Shown here piece after piece: positions 8,293 through 16,181 of a stretch of DNA of 64,000 nt (positions are counted from its first letter, which is position 1; the number at the start of each line of letters is the position of its first letter). The DNA comes from Minisyncoccota bacterium (GTDB taxonomy: Bacteria > Patescibacteriota > Minisyncoccia > Phycocordibacterales > Phycocordibacteraceae), in NCBI GenBank assembly GCA_035627595.1, contig DASPLK010000005.1, forward strand, positions 69,513 through 133,512, read 5' to 3'. Both the position numbers and the translations under genes were made by a program. Below the pieces are notes generated by a model that saw only the letters and a program-made list of their open reading frames with translations, was not told the DNA's origin and ran no database searches.

Positions 8293-8351
8293 GACTCGAA
8301 CCTAGATAAACGCCTCCAGAGAGCGCTGTCCTACCATTAGACGATCCCGCA
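8281..8351 (-). tRNA. tRNA-Gln (anticodon CUG)
   Basis: Cloverleaf with U1:A72 and G73 (Gln identity elements); D-arm CGUCUAAUGGUAGGAC; anticodon loop CUCUGGA; T-arm CUAGGUUCGAGUCCUAG; about 71 nt. Confidence 0.6.
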
Positions 8352-8454
8352 ATCAGCAAAGCGGCAGGAGCCGCTCTGCTAGCTAGAAGATACACGAAAA
8401 TAGGCTCGGAGAAAAGCCTGCGGCTCATGCTATAGTTTCGGGACAACTGAATAC

Positions 8455-8551
8455 GTATCAAGAGCGCGGCGAGGCATCTGGGCCTTTGAACCGCCAGCAA
8501 CCATTCCAAACGGAACCGGTGCTTCCAGCCCCAACCCATGGGGAGCGATGC
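8455..8551 (+). promoter_or_regulatory. SAM-I (S-box) riboswitch aptamer upstream of metK
   Basis: GUAUCAAGAGCGCGGCGAGG...UGGGCCUUUGAACCGCCAGCAACC...GGUGCUUCCAGCC...GAUGC matches the SAM-I core (UAUCAAGAG, GGAGG, GGCCC, GAA.CC.GCAACC, GGUGC..UCC, P1-closing GAUG). Confidence 0.55.
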
Positions 8552-8565
8552 AGTAATGTCTCACG

Positions 8566-8596
8566 TCTCCTTGGTCGGGAGATTATTTCATTTAGT
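8566..8596 (+). terminator. candidate riboswitch expression-platform terminator
   Basis: tctcc ttggtcg ggaga followed by ttatttcattt; short stem. Confidence 0.35.
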
Positions 8597-8605
8597 CCTA
8601 GTCTC

Positions 8606-9658
8606 ATGTTCCACCTGCTTACCCACTACACTACCGAAAGCGTTACCAGAGGCCATCCTGATAAGGTGTGCGACCAGATTTCAGACGCCATTCTCGACGC
8701 CTGCCTAGAGCAGGATCCCGCTAGCCGCGTGGCGGTGGAGGCGTTTGGCAGCCACGGAACGCTTATGATCGGAGGCGAGATCACAACTCGCGCATCGGTA
8801 GACTATGCGGACATAGCGCGGAAGGTATACGAGGATATCGGATACACGGAGCCCCTGGACATCCTCTCCCGTGTCGTCACCCAGTCAGGTGATATCGCGC
8901 AGGGTGTCAACACAGGTGGAGCGGGCGACCAAGGCATCATGTACGGCTACGCGACCAACGAGACTGAAGAGTACCTTCCTCAGGGCGTAGTCCTCTCGCA
9001 CGCGCTTGCCAGGAAGATTGAAGACCTGCGTACGAGCGGCACTCTCCCCTACCTAAGACCAGACGGCAAAACGCAGGTGACCATTCGTAACGGAAAACTC
9101 CTCACCGCTCTCACATCGACCCAGCACACAGAGGAAGCGGAGCTTGAGTCCATTCGAAAAGATCTCAAGGAACACCTCTTTGCGCCGGTGCTTGGTGATA
9201 CATCTGAGATAGAGCTCCTCGTTAATCCGACCGGACGCTTCGTCCAGGGAGGCTTTGAGGCGGACGCTGGTCTCACGGGCCGCAAGATCATGGTGGATAC
9301 ATACGGAGGTCTCCTGCCGCATGGCGGCGGCGCATTCAGTGGAAAGGACTCCACAAAGGTGGATCGCTCAGCTGCATACATGTGCCGCTTCGTTGCCAAG
9401 AACCTAGTCGCAAATGGATACGGCACCAAGGTGCTCGTCTCGGTCGCATACGCCATCGGCCGCGTGGAGCCGGTGATGGTAGAAGCGTTCGATGAGTCTG
9501 GAAAGAACCTCTCGGATATTGTGAACAAGCACTTCGACTTCCGCCCCCGCGCAATCGAAGAGCGTCTCTCACTCAGAAAGGCCCAGTTCAGGGACACAGC
9601 TGCGTACGGACACTTCGGCGTGGAAGGAAGACCCTGGGAAGATATAGTTGCGCTCTAA
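8606..9658 (+). CDS. metK: S-adenosylmethionine synthetase
   Basis: TESVTRGHPDKVCDQISDAILDA N-terminal motif; GGGAFSGKD signature; about 350 aa. The ORF-track start at 8486 overlaps the riboswitch and is rejected. Confidence 0.9.
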   Translation: MFHLLTHYTTESVTRGHPDKVCDQISDAILDACLEQDPASRVAVEAFGSHGTLMIGGEITTRASVDYADIARKVYEDIGYTEPLDILSRVVTQSGDIAQGVNTGGAGDQGIMYGYATNETEEYLPQGVVLSHALARKIEDLRTSGTLPYLRPDGKTQVTIRNGKLLTALTSTQHTEEAELESIRKDLKEHLFAPVLGDTSEIELLVNPTGRFVQGGFEADAGLTGRKIMVDTYGGLLPHGGGAFSGKDSTKVDRSAAYMCRFVAKNLVANGYGTKVLVSVAYAIGRVEPVMVEAFDESGKNLSDIVNKHFDFRPRAIEERLSLRKAQFRDTAAYGHFGVEGRPWEDIVAL

Positions 9659-9660
9659 GA

Positions 9661-9690
9661 AAAAGGCCCGGAAGTCCGGGCCTTTTTCTT
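9661..9690. terminator. bidirectional terminator between metK and pyrG
   Basis: aaaaggcccgg aagt ccgggccttttt; convergent genes on both sides. Confidence 0.7.
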
Positions 9691-11326
9691 ATTTCTTTAA
9701 TGATTTCTTGAGGAACGCGGTGAAAAGCGGATGTGGAGAAAGCGGACGCGCCATAAGTTCGGGATGGAACTGGGTGCCGAGCATAAATGGATGCACGTCC
9801 CTAGGGAGCTCTGCAATCTCCATGAGCACGCCATCAGGAGAAGTGCCGGAGAACACGAGGCCGCCCTTCTCTATCTCCTTTACGTATAGGTTGTTGATCT
9901 CGTAGCGGTGGCGATGGCGTTCATCAACCTGCGCTGCGCCATATGCCTCACGCGCGATGGTGCCCTCCTTAAGCGCTGCCGGGTACACGCCAAGACGCAT
10001 GGTGCCGCCATAGTTGCCGCTTGCGATGACGTCCTTTTGGGTATCCATGACATCAACTACTGGATGTGCGGTAGAAGGATTGATCTCCACCGTGTGCGCA
10101 TCCTTAATACCAAGCACGTTGCGCGCATGCTCAATGACCATAAGCTGCATCCCGTAGCAGAGACCGAAGTATGGGATCTTGTTCTCGCGCGCAAACTTAA
10201 TCGCAGCGATCTTGCCCTCAATACCAGTCTCACCAAAGCCGCCTGGCACGAGCACGCCATCGAACTCCCGCAGCATCTCAACCTCCTTCTCTCCCTTCTC
10301 GAAATCCTTTGCGTTAATCCAGGTGATCTTCAGCTTCGCCTCTACCTCAGCAGCAGAGAACTTAAGCGCCTCGATGACAGAAAGATACGCATCAGAAAGT
10401 ACGAAGTCGCCTGTATCAAAGTACTTGCCGACGATACCGATCTTCACCTCCGGACTCTCCACCTTCGTGCGCTTCACGAAATCACGCCATGCGGTGAAAT
10501 CAGCAGGCTTGTCCTTAGAAAGATTGAGCGCATCGAGCAAGCTGTCGCCTAGCTTATCTTCCTCAAAGTTAAGAGGTACGTCATAGATAGAATCGACGTC
10601 AGGCGCAGAGATGATGCGGTCCGCGCGGACGTTGCACCAGATAGCGAGCTTCTCTTTGCGCTTCTCGTCCATAGCCATCGTGCTCCTTGCGACGATGAAG
10701 TCAGGCTGCACGCCGTACGAGTTCAACTCTCTGACCGCCGTCTGCGTCGGCTTAGTCTTCATCTCACCAAGAGTTCCTGGAACCGGGAGGTATGTCACCA
10801 TGACGAACACCACATCCTCTGGGTGCTTGAGCTTCAAGACACGAGCTGCCTCGATAAAGAGTGCGTTCTGGAAATCGCCCACGGTGCCACCGATCTCAAT
10901 AACTGTGATCTTGCTGCCAGAGTGCGCAGCAGAGGCCTCGATGCGACGCAGAATCTCATCACGTACATGCGGGATTGTCTCAACGCAGCGGCCGCCATAC
11001 GCAAGCGCGCGCTCCTGATCGATAACCGACTGGTACACCATGCCGCTGGTCATGTAATCCTCAGGACCGAGGTCGCGGTTAAGGAAACGCTCGTAGTTGC
11101 CCATGTCCTGATCGGTTTCAAGACCTGAATTGAGAACGAACACCTCACCATGCTCGGTCGGGTTCATGGTGCCGGCATCGACGTTCAGATACGGATCGGC
11201 CTTAACGAGGTTCACGGGATATCCGCGCTCTTGAAGAATGAGGCCCATCGACGAGGAGGCGATGCCCTTGCCTACACCGGACATGACTCCGCCCATCACG
11301 AATACGTACTTGTGTCCCTGCGCCAT
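9689..11326 (-). CDS. pyrG: CTP synthase
   Basis: 545 aa; N-terminal KYVFVMGGVMSGVGKG; C-terminal glutamine amidotransferase domain (GLCYGMQ). Confidence 0.95.
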   Translation of the reverse strand: MAQGHKYVFVMGGVMSGVGKGIASSSMGLILQERGYPVNLVKADPYLNVDAGTMNPTEHGEVFVLNSGLETDQDMGNYERFLNRDLGPEDYMTSGMVYQSVIDQERALAYGGRCVETIPHVRDEILRRIEASAAHSGSKITVIEIGGTVGDFQNALFIEAARVLKLKHPEDVVFVMVTYLPVPGTLGEMKTKPTQTAVRELNSYGVQPDFIVARSTMAMDEKRKEKLAIWCNVRADRIISAPDVDSIYDVPLNFEEDKLGDSLLDALNLSKDKPADFTAWRDFVKRTKVESPEVKIGIVGKYFDTGDFVLSDAYLSVIEALKFSAAEVEAKLKITWINAKDFEKGEKEVEMLREFDGVLVPGGFGETGIEGKIAAIKFARENKIPYFGLCYGMQLMVIEHARNVLGIKDAHTVEINPSTAHPVVDVMDTQKDVIASGNYGGTMRLGVYPAALKEGTIAREAYGAAQVDERHRHRYEINNLYVKEIEKGGLVFSGTSPDGVLMEIAELPRDVHPFMLGTQFHPELMARPLSPHPLFTAFLKKSLKK

Positions 11327-11336
11327 ATATTTGTTA

Positions 11337-12242
11337 TTAGATCTTGAGATACCGTCTCACACCGAGGAAACTTGCGAAACCGCCAAGGAACACGCCCGCG
11401 CCGACCAACACTAGGAAGAACATCGGGAAGTTATCCACGTAGTAGGTAAAGACGTTGAAACCGCCAAGCCAGACCGCAGTCGCCTTTCCTACGTACCAAG
11501 CAGCCGGATAGAACAGAAGGAGCGTAATGAGCGCTGCAAACACTCCCGAGAGAGTACCGGCAACGATGAATGGGCCACGGATATACATGTTGCTTGCGCC
11601 CACAAGACGCATGACAGCAATCTCATCGCGCGAGCTGTAGATCGCAAGGCGGATGGTCGCGAGTGCAATGATGGTCGACGCAAGTGCAAAGAGGAAGACG
11701 ATCACGGAACCTGCGCGCGCGGTCGCATTAATGGCGCTCGTAAGTCGTTCAATAACCGTCTTGTTCTGGAAGTAGTTCACACGATCGATAATCATGGGAC
11801 CTCCCTCTTCAAGATAGTTCACAATGCCCTCGTACTGGGATGGATCGGTAGCCTTAACGGAGAGCGACGCGCCAAGCGGGTTCTCACCAAGCTCATCCAG
11901 GGCGCGGAGCGTAAGCTCATCGTCTGCATGACGCTCGCGGAACTCAGCAAGGGCCTGCTCGGCTGAGGTGTAGGTGGCACTTGCGACCTCAGGGAGCTCC
12001 TCGAGTTCAGTCCTAAGATTCATGATGTCCGACTCAGATGCGGTCGTAAGGAAATAGACGTTCACGTCCACTTTGTCGCGGATACCTGAGAGAGTCGTGG
12101 AAAGCACGGCGGATAGGAAGACGAGGAACCCGATGATGGCGAGAGTCACCGTCATGATAAGGACGGTAGCGAACGAGACCGAGCCGCTTCGGATGAAGGA
12201 CTTGGCACCTGCACTGAATATCCTACGTAGCATCATCCACAT
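11337..12242 (-). CDS. ftsX: cell division permease FtsX
   Basis: 301 aa; four TM helices with a large periplasmic loop; immediately downstream of ftsE. Confidence 0.8.
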   Translation of the reverse strand: MWMMLRRIFSAGAKSFIRSGSVSFATVLIMTVTLAIIGFLVFLSAVLSTTLSGIRDKVDVNVYFLTTASESDIMNLRTELEELPEVASATYTSAEQALAEFRERHADDELTLRALDELGENPLGASLSVKATDPSQYEGIVNYLEEGGPMIIDRVNYFQNKTVIERLTSAINATARAGSVIVFLFALASTIIALATIRLAIYSSRDEIAVMRLVGASNMYIRGPFIVAGTLSGVFAALITLLLFYPAAWYVGKATAVWLGGFNVFTYYVDNFPMFFLVLVGAGVFLGGFASFLGVRRYLKI

Positions 12243-12248
12243 ATAGAT

Positions 12249-12950
12249 CTAGAGAATATAGTGGCCTTGCGCATCGTCGCGCACGACGCGGCCACTATCC
12301 ATAGTAATGACGCGCCTGCCCATCGAATCCACCACGCCCTTGTTATGGGTCGTGATAAGAACGGTGGTGCCGAGCTCGTTGATCTTCTTCAAAATCTCAA
12401 TGATCTCAAACGTGTTGACCGGATCAAGGTTGCCAGTCGGCTCGTCGGCAACGATGACATCCGGCTGATTGATGATGGCGCGGCCGATAGCAACGCGCTG
12501 CTGCTCTCCTCCGGAGAGCTGGTGCGGAAAGTGGTGCGCCTTGTTCCCTAAACCAACGAGATCGAGGATGTAGGGCACGTCGGTTGCAATCTCATCGTCC
12601 GGACGGCCAGCGGCCTCCATAGCAAACGCAATGTTCTCGTATGCAGTCTTGTTCGGTATCAAACGATAGTCCTGGAAGATCATGCCAATCTTACGACGAT
12701 AGTGGTGGAGCGAGGACTTCGGGAGCGTGTGGACGTCAACAGACTCAAAAAAGACAGAGCCGCTGCTTGGCTGCTCTTGGGCGAGGAGCATTTTGAGGAG
12801 GGTGGTCTTGCCGGCACCGGAGTGGCCGACGACCGACACGAACTCCTTTGGAGAGATCGAGAGGGTGATGTCTTCAAGTGCTGGTGTACCATCGCGGTAC
12901 AACTTGCTCACCTTGTCGAAATAGATCATGACCGGAGTATTATACCCCAT
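12249..12950 (-). CDS. ftsE: cell division ATP-binding protein FtsE
   Basis: Walker A GHSGAGKTT; ABC signature LSGGEQQR; Walker B VIVADEP; likely start MIYFDKV at 12926. Confidence 0.9.
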   Translation of the reverse strand: MGYNTPVMIYFDKVSKLYRDGTPALEDITLSISPKEFVSVVGHSGAGKTTLLKMLLAQEQPSSGSVFFESVDVHTLPKSSLHHYRRKIGMIFQDYRLIPNKTAYENIAFAMEAAGRPDDEIATDVPYILDLVGLGNKAHHFPHQLSGGEQQRVAIGRAIINQPDVIVADEPTGNLDPVNTFEIIEILKKINELGTTVLITTHNKGVVDSMGRRVITMDSGRVVRDDAQGHYIL

Positions 12951-13812
12951 CCCCTGCTGAAGCGTCTATAAATGCGTCCAAATCTCCTTCAAGTACGCGC
13001 TCAGGATCGTGCGATTCATGTCCCGATTCATGGTCTTTCACTAATTTGTATGGATGCAGTACATAAGAACGTCTCTGGCTGCCCCACTCGTTTGCAGTTG
13101 AGGTTGAAATGGAACGGCCGCGCGCTTCTGCCTCTTCCTTATCTTTGGCAATTTTGAAAAGCTTAGCAGCGACCAACTCCATCGCCTTCTCGCGATTAGC
13201 CTGCTGACTGCGCTCGCTTGATACGTGCACGGATACACCTGAGGGCGTATGCGTGATACGAACCGCGGTCTCGCGCTTGTTCACGTTTTGACCGCCGGCG
13301 CCGCCTGAACGCGCGAATTGTATATCTAGATCATCGCTCTTGAGCTCTTCCTGCTCCGCCTTTCCAACCTTTGGAAGCACCTCCACCATCGCAAACGATG
13401 TCTGCCGCTTTGCATTCGCATTAAAGGGAGAGATGCGGACCAAGCGATGCACGCCGGCTTCGTGCTTCAACCTTCCATATGCGCCCTTTCCGGTTATCTC
13501 AAGAAGCACATTCCTGAGACCGCCGTGATCAGTCTCGTGCACATGGAGCTCGCGTACGCTCCATCCCTTGCTCTCCGCATACCCTTCATACATGCGACGG
13601 AGCATGCGTGCGAAATCTTCCGCGTCATCTCCGCCAGCGCCCGCCAGCACCGCAAGAGTTGCAGGACCTCCATCATGCCCCTCCTCATCTCCGCCCTCCT
13701 TAAGCAGTTGATACTCGCGCACTAGGCGCTGCGCATTGTCCTTATCCGCCCAAAAGTCAGGCGTTGCCATGAGGGCTTCGATCTCTGCTAGGCGCGCGTC
13801 GGTATCACTCAT
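12940..13812 (-). CDS. prfB: peptide chain release factor 2 (short form, continuous frame)
   Basis: SPF tripeptide (VRISPFNANAKRQTSFA) and GGQ (SGGAGGQNVNK); 290 aa with no programmed frameshift site. Confidence 0.85.
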   Translation of the reverse strand: MSDTDARLAEIEALMATPDFWADKDNAQRLVREYQLLKEGGDEEGHDGGPATLAVLAGAGGDDAEDFARMLRRMYEGYAESKGWSVRELHVHETDHGGLRNVLLEITGKGAYGRLKHEAGVHRLVRISPFNANAKRQTSFAMVEVLPKVGKAEQEELKSDDLDIQFARSGGAGGQNVNKRETAVRITHTPSGVSVHVSSERSQQANREKAMELVAAKLFKIAKDKEEAEARGRSISTSTANEWGSQRRSYVLHPYKLVKDHESGHESHDPERVLEGDLDAFIDASAGDGV

Positions 13813-13863
13813 TGAGGCGAGTATAGCAAAAGCGCTCCCCTATGGAGCGCTTTTGCGTTACGG

Positions 13864-13936
13864 AGCCACCGGCCAGGATTGAACTGGCGACCTTCTCGTT
13901 ACGAGTGAGATGCTCTACCAACTGAGCTACGGTGGC
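13864..13936 (-). tRNA. tRNA-Thr (anticodon CGU)
   Basis: GCCACCGUAGCUCAGUUGGUAGAGCA...; anticodon loop CUCGUAA; T-arm GCCAGUUCAAUCCUGGC; acceptor GCCACCG/CGGUGGC. Confidence 0.7.
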
Positions 13937-14016
13937 GGTACGAGCAGGATTCTAGCACATACCTTGTCGGATTCGTAGGGTCAGGGTACTGTGCCGACGG
14001 AGAAAGGAGATGCGCA

Positions 14017-14382
14017 ATGAAAGCGATTATCATCGTGACTGTCGTAGGCATCTTGGGCCTGGGCGCGCTGTGGTTGCATGCGTACCTCTGGTTTCATCAC
14101 CTGCGTAAGGCGGCACATATCTGCGCCAAGCGTCGGGGTGAAAACCTGTGCGTGCGAACCGACGGCCTCTTCCCTAGAGTTGGGAAGATGCCGCCGGCGA
14201 ATGCGATGTGGCGCGTGCGAACCGGCATGTACTGCATCGATGGGTCGCTGGTATTCACTTACCGGTACGATCCAAATAAGCTCGATTCGGCGGATTTGGA
14301 CGACCCAGATGTCGTCAACGCCGAAATGCGCGCACTTGAAGCGCACGGAAGAGAGCTGATGGAACAACAGGCGAACACCTGA
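14017..14382 (+). CDS. hypothetical membrane-anchored protein
   Basis: 121 aa; N-terminal TM helix; strong SD aaaggaga 8 nt upstream of ATG; located between two tRNA-Thr genes. Confidence 0.45.
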   Translation: MKAIIIVTVVGILGLGALWLHAYLWFHHLRKAAHICAKRRGENLCVRTDGLFPRVGKMPPANAMWRVRTGMYCIDGSLVFTYRYDPNKLDSADLDDPDVVNAEMRALEAHGRELMEQQANT

Positions 14383-14397
14383 GAACCATCAGAAAGA

Positions 14398-14434
14398 CCG
14401 AAGGCGGCCCTCAGGGACCGCCTTCTTCTATTTC
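14398..14434 (+). terminator. rho-independent terminator
   Basis: gaaggcgg ccctcagggac cgccttc followed by ttctatttct. Confidence 0.6.
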
Positions 14435-14509
14435 TGGAGCCGATGGGCAGAATTGAACTGCCGACCTACTCCTTACCATGGAGTTGCTCTACCCCTGAGC
14501 TACATCGGC
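14435..14509 (-). tRNA. tRNA-Thr (anticodon GGU), CCA encoded
   Basis: GCCGAUGUAGCUCAGGGGUAGAGCA; anticodon stem ACUCC/GGAGU with loop AUGGUAA; T-arm GGCAGUUCAAUUCUGCC; 3' CCA. Confidence 0.75.
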
Positions 14510-14566
14510 CTAGGACCCCCGAAAGGGTCCTAAGGAGAGTACGGCATTTGTCCAAACTTTTCAAAT

Positions 14567-15532
14567 CTATTCCTCCCCGCCGATGAGATCCAGGCCGAGC
14601 TCCTGCTCTGCCTCTATGAGCGTCTTCAATTCGCCAAGCATAGAGTCAGCAGAACTGTAGAGCTTTAGGGCTTCCTTTGCGCTTCCTTCATCTTTCTCCC
14701 GTGTAGCAGCCTCAAGGATGCCGGTGACCTCAGAGAGAGAGTCGGTAAGCGTTACGTGATCGTCCTGATCAAGCGTAGTGCTTGCACTCTCCATGTCTAT
14801 ACGTAGATCTTCGAGGATCGCGACTACCTCCTCCTGACTTTCTTCCACCGACTCGCGCAATACGCCGCGACTCTCTTGGGAATCAAGTGCCGCTGTAAGC
14901 TCAGGCTCGGCTGCTACTGATGCGGTTGCCGATGCTTCTATCTGCAGACTGATCGCTGCAAGCGTTGGATCCTCTCCTGCCACCTTCTTTAGGATCTTCG
15001 CGTGCGTGGAAAGAACGCCGCGCAGCTCGGAGTTCGCATGGTACGCATCGCCACCCTCACCTTCCCGAACGAGCTCGCTTATCTCTTCCTCTGCTCCCTC
15101 AATGCGATTTTCAAGGGAGGCTGCAATGAGTCGGGTCGTGCCCTCATCAAGGGTCTTTGCTTTTGAGGCGACAGTGAGCTCTTTGAGCCTGCGCTCAGCG
15201 TACTCAACCTCGAGCGCCGCCTTTTCTTTCCTATTAAAGGTAAGCGCAACGAGAGTCGGTTCTGTGACCGTGAGCTTCACGCCGTAGAGCGTATCGCCCG
15301 GCGTCGCGTCCTCGCTCGCAGCGAGTACTCCTCCACCGCTTAGTAGTAGGAGTGCAAGGAATGCGGCACCGTAGCGTACCTGCATAACAGCCATGAATGA
15401 AAGTGGCGATGGCTCGGCCTTACGCTTCGTGAGTGCCATGTGCGCCAAGAGCCGACCGCGTCCCTCGGCCTTCTCGGTATCAGTAAGCGCGACGCGCTTC
15501 TGTATGGAAATAAGTTTGTTTTCTGGATTCAT
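14567..15532 (-). CDS. membrane-anchored anti-sigma-factor-like protein (DUF5667-like)
   Basis: 321 aa; single TM helix after a cytoplasmic N-terminus; acidic coiled-coil extracytoplasmic domain; start overlaps the ECF sigma stop (ATGA). Confidence 0.5.
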   Translation of the reverse strand: MNPENKLISIQKRVALTDTEKAEGRGRLLAHMALTKRKAEPSPLSFMAVMQVRYGAAFLALLLLSGGGVLAASEDATPGDTLYGVKLTVTEPTLVALTFNRKEKAALEVEYAERRLKELTVASKAKTLDEGTTRLIAASLENRIEGAEEEISELVREGEGGDAYHANSELRGVLSTHAKILKKVAGEDPTLAAISLQIEASATASVAAEPELTAALDSQESRGVLRESVEESQEEVVAILEDLRIDMESASTTLDQDDHVTLTDSLSEVTGILEAATREKDEGSAKEALKLYSSADSMLGELKTLIEAEQELGLDLIGGEE

Positions 15533-16029
15533 GGTTGCAACTGGTCGCGTACCTTCTGTAGCGCGCGATGTATACGCACAGAGACCGTATTTGGCGCCTC
15601 TTTAAGTATATGAGCGATTTCCTGTACCGGAAGTCCGTCCACATACCGCATCACGATGACGTCCCGCTCCGCCTCCTCAAGCTTTTCAAGTGCTGCAAGA
15701 ACGAGCTGGTACTCCGCCGCCTCCTCCGGTGTTGCTTCCTTCGTCTCTGCCGGATCAAAGCCTGCCACTTCTTGCATCTCCTCAAGGGAGTACGCCTTGT
15801 GCCGCACAGCTTCGTTCACCGAAAGATTATGTACGGTACGGTACAAGAAAGCTCGGACATTGGTGATCTTCTTACCGGACGCAAGGTATTCCCACGTCTT
15901 TAAAAAGGCCTCCTGCATGATCTCTTTCGCACGTTCCCGGTCGTAGACTCGGAAATATGCGTACCGAAAGAGAGCATCAGCGTAGTCGTCATATGCGGAA
16001 ATGAAGGATTCTTCATCTATCCGCTTCAT
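15529..16029 (-). CDS. ECF-type RNA polymerase sigma-70 factor
   Basis: 166 aa; sigma-70 region 2 (FLKTWEYL...RAFLYRTVHN) and region 4 (VIVMRYVDGLPVQEIAHIL) motifs. Confidence 0.85.
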   Translation of the reverse strand: MKRIDEESFISAYDDYADALFRYAYFRVYDRERAKEIMQEAFLKTWEYLASGKKITNVRAFLYRTVHNLSVNEAVRHKAYSLEEMQEVAGFDPAETKEATPEEAAEYQLVLAALEKLEEAERDVIVMRYVDGLPVQEIAHILKEAPNTVSVRIHRALQKVRDQLQP

Positions 16030-16181
16030 ATGAGACAGCCGGGAACGCCAAATATGACAGGCAGAGCCTCCCGGTAAGATTCTACGTTCACGCTTGTCCT
16101 ATACATATGCCTCATTCTGGATGGCATGCCAGATAGGGGCCTTTGCCCGATAACACATGCCGCTAACTTAGTTAAACAAAT

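Noticed and set aside
8486-8605. N-terminal extension of metK from the ORF track
   Set aside because: The extension would be translated through the SAM-riboswitch aptamer and terminator. The conserved MetK N-terminus begins at the Met at 8606.
9908-10586. 214-aa and 135-aa plus-strand ORFs
   Set aside because: They are antisense to pyrG.
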